A stretch of 58,246 bases of DNA from an uncultured Deferribacteres bacterium. GTDB taxonomy: Bacteria > Zhuqueibacterota > Zhuqueibacteria > Zhuqueibacterales > Geothermadaptataceae. Each line of letters begins with the position of its first letter. The first letter of the stretch is position 1. This document shows, piece by piece, positions 17,740 through 26,908 of this stretch. The translations under genes and the position numbers were made by a program. The stretch is from positions 1 through 58,246 of the forward strand of contig CAXHAT010000018.1 in assembly GCA_964014485.1 (NCBI GenBank), written 5' to 3'. The notes beneath the pieces were generated by a model, which worked only from the letters and a program-made list of their open reading frames with translations, searched no databases and was not told the DNA's origin.

Positions 17740-18129
17740 ATGAAAATTGCAAAAGAAGGTCAGCAATTGCTGGTCTTGGGCGACCGCGTTTTGATCAAGC
17801 CTGAAAATGCGACGGAACGCACAGAAGTCGGGCTCTATTTGCCGCAGACGGTTTTGGAAAAAGAGCAAGTGCAAAGCGGCTGGGTCGTTTCCATGGGCCC
17901 GGGCATTCCGTTGCCTGACCCGGACGTTGGGAATGACGAACCCTGGAACCCAAGATCTGAAGAACCGCGCTTTCTGCCGATGCAGGTTGAAGAAGGCGAT
18001 TTTGCATTATTTCTCAAAAAAGCGGCGATTGAAATCAAGTGGGACGACAAGAAATATCTCATCGTACCGCAGTCTGCAATCCTCATCGTCATCCGCGACG
18101 AGATTGAAGACGACGCTCTCGAATTTTAG
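17740..18129 (+). CDS. groES: co-chaperonin GroES family protein (orphan, long form)
   Basis: LGDRVLIKP...TEVGLYLP...GWVVSMGPG...VEEGD; GGAG RBS before ATG 17740. Confidence 0.8.
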   Translation: MKIAKEGQQLLVLGDRVLIKPENATERTEVGLYLPQTVLEKEQVQSGWVVSMGPGIPLPDPDVGNDEPWNPRSEEPRFLPMQVEEGDFALFLKKAAIEIKWDDKKYLIVPQSAILIVIRDEIEDDALEF

Positions 18130-18182
18130 GATTCTTACCAAAAACAGGACGATCACATAACAACAATTCTCAGGAGGACAAA

Positions 18183-18392
18183 ATGGAATACGGGACTGTT
18201 CGAGTATGGGAACCGGCAAAAAGGTTCGGCTTTATCACATCCGATGATGACGAAGAATTATTTTTCCACCCCGGCGACCTTCACCCCTCTGTCGGCGGTA
18301 AAAAATTACAACCTGGACAGCGCGTGGCGTTCGATATTAAGAGCGACATGAAAGGCGACAGAGCCGTCAATATTAGATTGCTCAAACGTTAG
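18183..18392 (+). CDS. cold-shock domain protein
   Basis: GTVRVW...FGFIT...LFFH...LQPGQRVAF...AVNI; AGGAGG RBS. Confidence 0.9.
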   Translation: MEYGTVRVWEPAKRFGFITSDDDEELFFHPGDLHPSVGGKKLQPGQRVAFDIKSDMKGDRAVNIRLLKR

Positions 18393-18436
18393 CGCTACCA
18401 AAACGACATTAAAAGAAAAGGAATTCGGAGTTCTGA

Positions 18437-19159
18437 ATGAATCAGAAAATTACGCTGAAATCTCTCGCCAAAATGATCGATCACTCGCTGGTCGGTCCGA
18501 CAATAACCGACGACGACGTGATTCAGGGCTGTCTTTTAGCCAGAGAATTTGACGTTGCGACGGTCTGCGTCAAGCCTTACACCATTCCACTTACGGAAGA
18601 TTTGGTGGACGGCACGGACGTGCAAATCTGTTCCGTTGCCGGTTTCCCGCATGGTTGCAGCTCCGTCGGCATGAAAATGATCGAAGCGGAAAACGCGATT
18701 GACGCCGGCGCCGCGGAGATCGATTTCGTCGTCAATTTGGGCAAAGTGGTCGGCGGCGATTGGGCTTACGTTTCACGCGAGATTAAAACCATCAACGATT
18801 CCGTCAAGCGGATGGGAGCAATATCGAAGGTGATTTTTGAGAACGATTTCTTGAATGACAATCAGATCATCAAACTCTGTAAAATTTGTTCCGAGCACCA
18901 GGTTGCTTTTGTCAAGACTTCGACGGGCTACGGATTCGTAAAACAAGAAAACGGCTCCTACGCATATCAAGGCGCAACCGACCATCATTTAAAACTGATG
19001 CGCGAACACGTCGACCCTACAATCCAGATCAAGGCCGCAGGCGGCGTTCGTACTTTGGATGATCTACTAAGAGTTCGCGAGTTAGGCGTAACACGCATCG
19101 GCGCCACTGCAACAAGAGAGATTCTTGAAGCAGCAAAACAACGCGGCTTTCCTGCCTAA
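18437..19159 (+). CDS. deoC: deoxyribose-phosphate aldolase
   Basis: IDHSL, GFPHG, GAAEIDFV, KVIFE, FVKTSTG, IKAAGGVR, RIGAT. Confidence 0.92.
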   Translation: MNQKITLKSLAKMIDHSLVGPTITDDDVIQGCLLAREFDVATVCVKPYTIPLTEDLVDGTDVQICSVAGFPHGCSSVGMKMIEAENAIDAGAAEIDFVVNLGKVVGGDWAYVSREIKTINDSVKRMGAISKVIFENDFLNDNQIIKLCKICSEHQVAFVKTSTGYGFVKQENGSYAYQGATDHHLKLMREHVDPTIQIKAAGGVRTLDDLLRVRELGVTRIGATATREILEAAKQRGFPA

Positions 19160-19185
19160 TTTTATCAAACCTAAAGATTTCAATC

Positions 19186-20043
19186 ATGAGACTTTTTCGT
19201 TTCGGCGAACCCGGCCGCGAAAAACCGGGCGTGCTGCTGAATAGCGGCAGACACATCGACGCTTCAAGCATTGGCCAGGATTACGATGAAGCATTTTTTG
19301 CAAATAACGGCCTGGCAAAGCTCAAAGCCTGGACAGACGAGAATGCAGGTGCGGCAAATGAAATTCCCGACAATTCGCGATTCGGAGCGCCGATTTGCCG
19401 ACCGAGCAAAATCGTCTGCATCGGCTTGAATTTTACTGACCACGCAAAAGAATCGAACATGCCGATTCCTGATGAGCCGGTGATCTTTTTTAAATCAACG
19501 ACCGCGTTGTGCGGACCAAATGATCCGGTCATTATTCCCAAGGGCGGAGAGAAGACGGATTGGGAGGTCGAACTGGCGGTGATTATTGGCAAGCGCGCTT
19601 CTTACGTTAGCACGGACAAAGCGCTCGATTACGTCGCGGGATATGCTTTGCACAATGATTACAGTGAACGTGCGTTTCAATTAGAAAGCACGGGACAATG
19701 GGCCAAAGGTAAAAGCTGCGACAGCTTTGCGCCTTTAGGGCCATACCTTGTCACGCCGGATGAAATCGGTGATGTGCAAAACCTTTCGATGTCGCTTCGT
19801 GTGAACGGAGAATTCAAACAGCGTGGCAATACCTCAAACATGATTTTTGGCGTCGCGGAAATTATTAGCAGTGTTAGCCGATATATGACGCTGCTTCCCG
19901 GCGACGTCATTTCCACAGGAACGCCCGCGGGCGTTGGCCACGGCTTCAGGCCACCGCAGTACATTCAGCCGGGCGACGTCATCGAACTTGAGATTGACGG
20001 CTTGGGGAACGCTGCGCAAAAAGCGGTTGCTTGGAGCGGATGA
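19186..20043 (+). CDS. fumarylacetoacetate hydrolase family protein
   Basis: KIVCIGLNF.DH, DWEVEL, NDYSER, GKSCDSF.PLGP, LLPGDVISTGTP.GVG. Confidence 0.93.
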   Translation: MRLFRFGEPGREKPGVLLNSGRHIDASSIGQDYDEAFFANNGLAKLKAWTDENAGAANEIPDNSRFGAPICRPSKIVCIGLNFTDHAKESNMPIPDEPVIFFKSTTALCGPNDPVIIPKGGEKTDWEVELAVIIGKRASYVSTDKALDYVAGYALHNDYSERAFQLESTGQWAKGKSCDSFAPLGPYLVTPDEIGDVQNLSMSLRVNGEFKQRGNTSNMIFGVAEIISSVSRYMTLLPGDVISTGTPAGVGHGFRPPQYIQPGDVIELEIDGLGNAAQKAVAWSG

Positions 20044-20095
20044 GGAAAATTTCGTTTGCTCAACCAAGCGCTGTCGATGCTTTTACTTTGAAATA

Positions 20096-22435
20096 TCACT
20101 CGCGTCGAAAACGGCCTAAAATCGTGTGATCGGGATTGACAACGACGCTCCTTGGCCTTTGCTCGAAAGGCCCAAGCTTAAGCTGCTCAGGGGAATCTGA
20201 AACCCAAATCCTGCCGCTCAGATCGACCTTGTTTTTGAAACGAACTTTGAGCGGAACAGGCATAGCCAATTGAGCCGAAGTGTTGGTTTGTCTTATTTCG
20301 CCAACAATCCAAAATCCGTCTTGCTTCCGCTCAATTTGCCAATGATAAACATAAGCCGGGATTTGATTATTCAGCAGCCAAAATTCAAAAAACGGCGTTA
20401 AGTCTTCGTCCGCGAATTGATTGGCTATTTCGACAAAATCACGCGTCGCAGGATTTTTATCGTGGTATTTTTCGCGGTACGCCCGCAACACTTGCCAAAA
20501 TTTTTCGTCACTTCCTGAGCTGTCGTTAGAGAAAATGAAACGGAGCATGTGCAAAACGTAAGCGCCTTTTTCATAAACGTTTAAATAATAGTCAATCGGC
20601 GCTTTTTGCCCCAAGCGATAACCCAGCGCAATAGGCCCGGCCTTCATTCTTTCGCTATTCGTTAAGGCTGCTTTTGAAAAGCCAAACCTTTGCATCCCCA
20701 AGCTCACGCCAACATTGCCGCCGCGCAAAAGATCGTCCCGCCAGGACTTGACGATTTTCTTGAAGATATCCGGTCGTTTCATCGCGTCCTTGATGATCAA
20801 CGCGGCCATGTATTCCGCGAACGCTTCACTGAGCCATTGATCGCGATACCCTCGCCAACCAACGTCGTTTCCCCACCATTGGTGCGCCATCTCGTGATTT
20901 CGCAATTCTTCCAGAACCCCGGCGCGCGCCTGCTGAAATCCAAGTTGTGAAAGTTTGATATAACCGGGAAAGGACTGGCTTTCGGTTCCCGGCGTTTCCA
21001 CGACGCGCAAGTAGTCGCGAAAATAGGGATGAATTTTCTTTGAAAGAAAAGTCGCGCTTTGCGCCATGTTGCTCGCAATGCGCTCAAACGCACTTCCCGA
21101 GCTTGATCGTTCGCCGAAAACTTCGATTTGCAGCGAATCGAGTCCATAGTTGGTCGAACTTTTAAAACGCCCAAGTGAAAAGATGACGGCTTTGACCGGC
21201 GTTCTCTGGATATAGTAGGACAACTTTTCATTATGCTCCGTCCATTCGCGGAGCAGCTCGCCCTGCGTCACCAAGCGTCGATTTTGGGGGTATTTGTAAA
21301 CGATTTTGTAGCGGGCGCGACGAAGATTACCCAGCCGCGGATGCCAGTGCGTCGTCTCTTTCAGGTAGAGATTACCGGCGCGTGACGGCTCCATCAGATC
21401 TCCGGCGTAGTGGAAATTGAGCCTGAGCGTATCCACTTGTGCAGTCGAATCCGGGGAAAAGACGACCAAGCCCTGCTGATTTTTTTCCTGAATATAAAAG
21501 AGCGAATCGCCATAAATCGTGGTGACGCGTTCTACTGTGGCGTGCGGGGAAAGCTGGAAATAGACGGCCTTGATTTCACGAAATCCGCTGTAGATATCCA
21601 CGCCCAGGTCAGCTTCAACACGTCCGTTTTTGCGGATCGTCATCCAACCGTTGTACCGTGTGATGCGAAAATCACTCTCAGGATTCGGTGCAGAATAATC
21701 GCCGAGGGGGTAGCGGCAGAGCGTATAAAAGGGTGAGCCGATCTGTCTTTTGGCAAATTGATAGAACTGCACGCTTTCACTCCCCGCTGGATCAAAAAAA
21801 TAATAATACCACGGCGAAGAGCCCCCAAGTTCGGACGCCTTGCGAAAATAGAAGGCGGTGAATTCTTCCAACCCCAAGTAGTTTTCTGAAAGCAATCTTG
21901 CCGGAAGGTTGTAGCCCGCCTTGTCCAGCAATGCTTTTTGCGCTTCCTGGGCAAAATCCAAAACGCGATTGAGCCGCTCAGTCTTTGTATTCTTTTTTTC
22001 GAAAATCAATTTCCGCCAGAGCGAATCCGAGAGAGAGCGAAAGACGCAAGATTCGAAGGTCATTTCAAGCGTGTCCTGGCGCGTGAATCGCTTCAATTGT
22101 TCGCGCTCGACTTTGTGTCTCGGCGCAAACTTAACTCTTCCTCGCCCCTGAAACACGAATCCCGATCCGGCGCTGTCCAGACCGGCGATTTTTTGAATTT
22201 CTCCTTTTTCGAGGGTGATTTTAAAATCAGGCAACTCGAAAGAAAAAGATTCGGTTAGCAAAACCGGCGAATCAAGTGGTGTGGCGGCTTTTAGTACAAC
22301 GTATTCTCCGGGCAATCGTTCATAGCGTCCCAACCCGGGCGTTGTTTGAGCGTGGGAAAAACCCGAATTGAATAATGTCGCCCCGCACACGGCGAGCACA
22401 TTAAAATATATCCGGCGAAGCGCCGCGGTCATCAC
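20096..22435 (-). CDS. secreted M1 family Zn aminopeptidase
   Basis: HEMAHQWWG...WLSEAFAEY (HExxH-x18-E) and YEKGAYVLHMLR; signal peptide. Confidence 0.88.
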   Translation of the reverse strand: MMTAALRRIYFNVLAVCGATLFNSGFSHAQTTPGLGRYERLPGEYVVLKAATPLDSPVLLTESFSFELPDFKITLEKGEIQKIAGLDSAGSGFVFQGRGRVKFAPRHKVEREQLKRFTRQDTLEMTFESCVFRSLSDSLWRKLIFEKKNTKTERLNRVLDFAQEAQKALLDKAGYNLPARLLSENYLGLEEFTAFYFRKASELGGSSPWYYYFFDPAGSESVQFYQFAKRQIGSPFYTLCRYPLGDYSAPNPESDFRITRYNGWMTIRKNGRVEADLGVDIYSGFREIKAVYFQLSPHATVERVTTIYGDSLFYIQEKNQQGLVVFSPDSTAQVDTLRLNFHYAGDLMEPSRAGNLYLKETTHWHPRLGNLRRARYKIVYKYPQNRRLVTQGELLREWTEHNEKLSYYIQRTPVKAVIFSLGRFKSSTNYGLDSLQIEVFGERSSSGSAFERIASNMAQSATFLSKKIHPYFRDYLRVVETPGTESQSFPGYIKLSQLGFQQARAGVLEELRNHEMAHQWWGNDVGWRGYRDQWLSEAFAEYMAALIIKDAMKRPDIFKKIVKSWRDDLLRGGNVGVSLGMQRFGFSKAALTNSERMKAGPIALGYRLGQKAPIDYYLNVYEKGAYVLHMLRFIFSNDSSGSDEKFWQVLRAYREKYHDKNPATRDFVEIANQFADEDLTPFFEFWLLNNQIPAYVYHWQIERKQDGFWIVGEIRQTNTSAQLAMPVPLKVRFKNKVDLSGRIWVSDSPEQLKLGPFEQRPRSVVVNPDHTILGRFRRE

Positions 22436-23568
22436 GATCTGTACCTTTGCTCCAATTCTTTAAAGCGCCGTATTTGTTCCTTGCCAAGATTCTCGCATTC
22501 TTCAAGAGTAAACGATTCACAATCAAATCCCAGCATCTCTTTCATCACCTCGATGGTGTAGGACGTAAAGTGTACGCGACCGTTTTCTTCAATTTCCTGG
22601 ACGCCGTCATAAGTGTGGGCTTCCTTGTTGAGCCGAATCGCTTCATCCAGGCTGATTTCTTCAGGCAGATCGACTTCAACGCCTTTTGCGTTCATTGCGA
22701 TTGGATAACCGCCGGGCAGACCATTCGGCCCGGGTGAATGCAAATTCACGACTTCTTTTGAAAGCAGCGCCTTCAAATTCTGAAGCGTTGAAGAAGCGCT
22801 GACCGCAGAAAAAGAAGTGCCCGATGAATAGAGCAAGATGGCTTCCTTCATCAATTTGAGCGTATCAAATTGCCCCGTGACGTTTTCCCCGTTTGCCGTA
22901 ATTTTCATAAAGTACGGAGCGCCTTCACGATACCCGGCTTCGCGCCAGAGCACCCAGTGAACGTGGTGCGCAACCATTTTCAAGCTGACTTCCGACCTCG
23001 GAAGATTCAGTTTGCGCGAGACCAATGTGCGAACCGCAGGCTCGATGAGTGCGACATTGCCAATCCCTATCGTCGGCGACAACCCGCCGCCTTTGAGCGT
23101 TGGATTGGTTAAATCTGAAAGCGACGTGTTAATGAAGTGCGGCTGAATCTCAGCGGCTTGAATCGCCTGTGCGAGCTTCATCGCCAGCGGCAATTGAACG
23201 GGCAGCCAAGCGCCAAGCCCAGCCGAACTCAGCCGCGTGTACACCTCCTCCGGCAAGCGCCTGATCACATGCCAGGTTTGCAGCACCGCGCAGTTGATGA
23301 CAACGTCTGGGCGGCGTTTTTGAAGTATTTCGGCGGTTCGAGCAACGTCAAACAAATCCAATTCCAAAGCCGTGACGCTGGGATGTTTATTGTGAAGCGC
23401 TGCGCCAATCACGGCGTTGTTGACCTTGGCTTCCAGGCTTTTTAGATCGACGTCTGCGGCAATAATATCAATTTCCAGTTCGTCACGAACAAGAAATTCG
23501 AGAAGGTATCGCCCGACTTCCCCGACGCCGGCAATGAAGACGGAAGGCTTTTTCGAAGTGGTGCTCAT
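22432..23568 (-). CDS. NAD(P)-binding oxidoreductase (saccharopine/lactate-malate dehydrogenase-like fold)
   Basis: N-terminal Rossmann IAGVGEVG; C-terminal HSPGPNGLPGGYP; substrate unknown. Confidence 0.7.
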   Translation of the reverse strand: MSTTSKKPSVFIAGVGEVGRYLLEFLVRDELEIDIIAADVDLKSLEAKVNNAVIGAALHNKHPSVTALELDLFDVARTAEILQKRRPDVVINCAVLQTWHVIRRLPEEVYTRLSSAGLGAWLPVQLPLAMKLAQAIQAAEIQPHFINTSLSDLTNPTLKGGGLSPTIGIGNVALIEPAVRTLVSRKLNLPRSEVSLKMVAHHVHWVLWREAGYREGAPYFMKITANGENVTGQFDTLKLMKEAILLYSSGTSFSAVSASSTLQNLKALLSKEVVNLHSPGPNGLPGGYPIAMNAKGVEVDLPEEISLDEAIRLNKEAHTYDGVQEIEENGRVHFTSYTIEVMKEMLGFDCESFTLEECENLGKEQIRRFKELEQRYRS

Positions 23569-23604
23569 GGATTAGCCTCAACTTATCTTTCTTTCAATTT
23601 GAAA

Positions 23605-23646
23605 TAAAAATAGAAAGCCCCTGCACAAAGATTCGAGCAGGGGCTT
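23605..23646 (-). terminator. intrinsic terminator after the TonB-dependent receptor
   Basis: AAGCCCCTGC / GCAGGGGCTT 10-bp stem followed on the minus strand by UCUAUUUUU. Confidence 0.75.
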
Positions 23647-23680
23647 CATCAGTCATACTGACTCCAATATTGCAGGCATC

Positions 23681-26368
23681 TTAGAAGCGATATACCGCAC
23701 GCAGATAAGCCATGCCTCCGTTGTAGCCGATTGGCGTACGACGCGGATACGGCATCCCTTGCGACAAGCGAGTCTCAATTCTGTCGGGGTAATTGTCGAG
23801 AATATTGTTAGCGCCAAGGATCAGGTTTAGATTCTCACTGACGCCGTAGTTGAACTCAAGGTCAAGGAGAATTTCTTTGCCGATCTCTTCTTTGTCGCCG
23901 CGTTCGTCCACGGTGCCGCCATAGTAATTACCTCGCAGCATACCAGACAACTTGCTGGTTATCCCTTGAACAAACGTCGCGGTGGCGCGATGCTTCGGCA
24001 AATTCTCTTCGATGTTCGTGATCGTGCCAGCGGAGACTGGCAGTTGTCCGCCAACTTCGCGTTGCCGGAGCACTTCCGTTTTGTTGTAGTTGTAAGCTAC
24101 GCTGAAATTGCTCCTGGTTCCGTTTGCATGGAACTTGTTAAAAACCGCGACCACGTCCACGCCTTGGGTTCGCGTATCAAGCGCGTTGGTGTAGAACGCC
24201 AGCTCTGCAAACTCTCGGAATATATTCGGGTAGGTGACAGGATCGACGGGAAGCGATCTGGATTTAATAATGCGCTGATCCACGTTGATCCGGTAAGCGT
24301 CAACCGTCAGGTTCAGGTTGTTTGAAGGACTGGTCGTAAAACCAACGCTGAAGTTCACGGCGTCTTCCGGTTCCAGCGCCGCGCCGCCAAAAGCGACTGC
24401 CAGCGGATCGTCCGGACGAACCGTACCTTCCTGCACTTGCTGACCAGTCACGCCGTCAAAGGAAGTCACAATCGTCGTCACGTTCGACTGTCCCGGCGTT
24501 GGCGCACGGAATCCTGTAGAAACCGCCCCGCGAAGTGCGAACTTGTTGACCGGACTGAAGCGGGCGGCAAGCTTACCGTTAGTGGTCGTGCCAAAATCAG
24601 AGAAATCTTCGAAGCGGCCAGCAGCTTGAATCAAGAGTTGCTCGCTGACGTCCCATTCGGCGTCCAGGTAAACCGCCGTGTTTTGACGCTCGAAAACGCC
24701 GGCTTCATCGCGACTGGTGCCGCGCATGCCGTTGGCGGCCAAACCGGTTGCAGTGTAATTCTCCCCGGTTTCAGGGTCAATTAAGAGGTGGACTCTGGCC
24801 CAAGGGCCGGCCGCCCATGACTCTTTTTGACCTTCAAACATGGTGTAGACTTCTTCGCGCCATTCAACGCCGAAGGCCACGCTAAATGCGTCAGAGACTG
24901 GATATGAAAAATCCGCGTTGTAATTTGTCTCGGTCTGCTGCAAATCGCCAATGTCAAAATTGAACGGCGAGTCAGGCCCCCAAGACAGGTTCAGCGAACC
25001 AAGAAGCGTGTAGGAGAGTCGGTGTCGCCCGTGACTTGCGCTAACGTCAAAATTCAAACCGTTGTCAAAATTACCCTTCACGCCAACGACGCCGCTAAAA
25101 TCTTTGCTGTCTCCTTCAAGGCGCGGCGTAAATCCCAGCGGGAAAGTATCGCCCCAGGAAAAATTGCCTTTCGAAGGATCGTTGGGATCCAAAGGAATTG
25201 GCGTCAAAGCTCCGGTTCTTCCCGGCGCGCGATAAAAGAAGCTGTAGTTGCCGTAAGTATCCGCATAATTACCAAATGAATAAGCTTCAACAACATCGCT
25301 CACTTGCAGCCCGGCGTTCCAGACTGATCGAAAACCGTTGCTTCTCGGACGGCCCCAATTCATCGCCGTGTCCCAATCATCGACCGGAGCGCCCGAAGTC
25401 CAGCCCTTGTAGCCTTCCGCTGCCGAGGCGTGTTGTTCGCCCCGAGAAAGCTCAGGATTGCTGTTATATTCACCGCTCAAGTTCAGGAAGCCCTTACTCG
25501 TAAGAGGCAGGCCGATATTGAGACCGATCTTCGCATCGGTTTCTCCGCCTCTGCCGTTGGGCGCCGTGTACCAGCGGCTTGTCGTTGTCTGAACTTCAAT
25601 GCCTTCAGAGTTGTCTTTCAAAATAAAATTCATCACGCCCGCGATGGCGTCGGAGCCATACTGGGCGGAAGCGCCGTCACGCAAAACTTCAAATCGCTTC
25701 AAAGCAATGCTTGGAATCATGCCGACATCCACAGCGTGTGCGCCGACGTTCATCGCAGCGCCGAAATGCGAGATCAGTGCAGAACGATGGCGGCGTTTGG
25801 AGTTAACGAGCACCAGAATATCATCCGGCGGCAGTCCGCGCAATGACGTCGGGCGAATAAACGCGGCCCCGTCGCCGGTCAGCGGCGTTGCGGTAAAAGA
25901 CGGGACGATATTTTTCAAATTCTCAGTCAGGTCGCCGTTACCCTGACGTTCAATCTCTCTCGCGCTGAATGCATCGATTGGAACAGGAGATTCAAGCACA
26001 GTGCGCGCACTGCCGCGCGTTCCCGTGACGACAATCTCGCCCAACAAAATTGTATCTTCTTCCAAAGAAAAGTTCAACGTCGCCGTCTGCCCTGCGGTGA
26101 CTTGAACGTCTTGCGTCATGGTTGTGTATCCGATAAAACCAGCTTCTACTTTGTAGGCTCCGGCGGGAACGTTGCGAATCGTAAATTCGCCGTTCTGGTC
26201 GGTGGCGGCCCCTCTTGACATGCCTTCAATCTTAACGTTCGCCCCTGGAAGAGCGTTGCCGTTAACGTCCGTTACTTTTCCACTGATTGTGCCGCTTTGT
26301 GAAAAAGCAGCCAACGGTGCGCACAATAAAACAATGAGTATCGTAAACCATTTTCGTTTCATTCTCAT
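23681..26368 (-). CDS. TonB-dependent receptor with N-terminal carboxypeptidase-regulatory-like domain
   Basis: Signal peptide, GTISGKVTD...LPGANV, EIVVTGTR, plug LVLVNSKRRH / EVLRDGASAQYGSDAIAGV.N, C-terminal Y-R-F. Confidence 0.93.
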   Translation of the reverse strand: MRMKRKWFTILIVLLCAPLAAFSQSGTISGKVTDVNGNALPGANVKIEGMSRGAATDQNGEFTIRNVPAGAYKVEAGFIGYTTMTQDVQVTAGQTATLNFSLEEDTILLGEIVVTGTRGSARTVLESPVPIDAFSAREIERQGNGDLTENLKNIVPSFTATPLTGDGAAFIRPTSLRGLPPDDILVLVNSKRRHRSALISHFGAAMNVGAHAVDVGMIPSIALKRFEVLRDGASAQYGSDAIAGVMNFILKDNSEGIEVQTTTSRWYTAPNGRGGETDAKIGLNIGLPLTSKGFLNLSGEYNSNPELSRGEQHASAAEGYKGWTSGAPVDDWDTAMNWGRPRSNGFRSVWNAGLQVSDVVEAYSFGNYADTYGNYSFFYRAPGRTGALTPIPLDPNDPSKGNFSWGDTFPLGFTPRLEGDSKDFSGVVGVKGNFDNGLNFDVSASHGRHRLSYTLLGSLNLSWGPDSPFNFDIGDLQQTETNYNADFSYPVSDAFSVAFGVEWREEVYTMFEGQKESWAAGPWARVHLLIDPETGENYTATGLAANGMRGTSRDEAGVFERQNTAVYLDAEWDVSEQLLIQAAGRFEDFSDFGTTTNGKLAARFSPVNKFALRGAVSTGFRAPTPGQSNVTTIVTSFDGVTGQQVQEGTVRPDDPLAVAFGGAALEPEDAVNFSVGFTTSPSNNLNLTVDAYRINVDQRIIKSRSLPVDPVTYPNIFREFAELAFYTNALDTRTQGVDVVAVFNKFHANGTRSNFSVAYNYNKTEVLRQREVGGQLPVSAGTITNIEENLPKHRATATFVQGITSKLSGMLRGNYYGGTVDERGDKEEIGKEILLDLEFNYGVSENLNLILGANNILDNYPDRIETRLSQGMPYPRRTPIGYNGGMAYLRAVYRF

Positions 26369-26704
26369 ACCTCTCTGCGTAGTTCATTGTCAAATTTTAA
26401 AACGCTTTACCCAGCTCCGATGCGCCGTTGCTAAGAGAAGTGGTCTGAGCATTCTCGTAAGAAAACCATCCAACACCTCCGTCAAAGTTTTTAAAAGTCA
26501 CATAATTGTTACAAAGAATAGATATCAACCACACGCGAACCTTTCAACTCAATTGTGACGGAGTCCAGGATATCGTTTATTTGAGAATAATTTCAAATTC
26601 AACATTCTTGATGATTTTCATCGCCTTATTTACTGCCCCCGCTCGATTTTGATTGCGTCTTAAGCAATCTCGAGATAGCCTTTTTCACATAAATCGTTAG
26701 GTAA

Positions 26705-26878
26705 CTGATGTTACGCACTTTTGGAAATTTCTCAAACAGCACCAGAGAAACGTCGCTTTTACGTCATTCCCGCGCAGGCGGGAATCCAGTCAATCGCGCA
26801 CAGCCCCTGGATTCCCGCCTGCGCGGGAATGACTTTGACAGGAGTTTTTTGGGCTTCATAGCTGGCGCGTAACATCAG
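26705..26878. mobile_element. 174-bp MITE copy 1 with internal REP doublet
   Basis: Perfect 12-bp TIR CTGATGTTACGC / GCGTAACATCAG; 8-bp direct repeat TTAGGTAA at 26697-26704 and 26879-26886; internal 27-bp inverted repeat 26763-26789 / 26807-26833. Confidence 0.88.
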
Positions 26879-26908
26879 TTAGGTAAATCTTTGTAAGCAA
26901 TCAGTTCT

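Noticed and set aside
26581..26596. Fur-box-like TGAGAATAATTTCAA upstream of the TonB receptor (same 14-mer at 34891)
   Set aside because: The right half-site matches poorly and the context is AT-rich; chance cannot be excluded.
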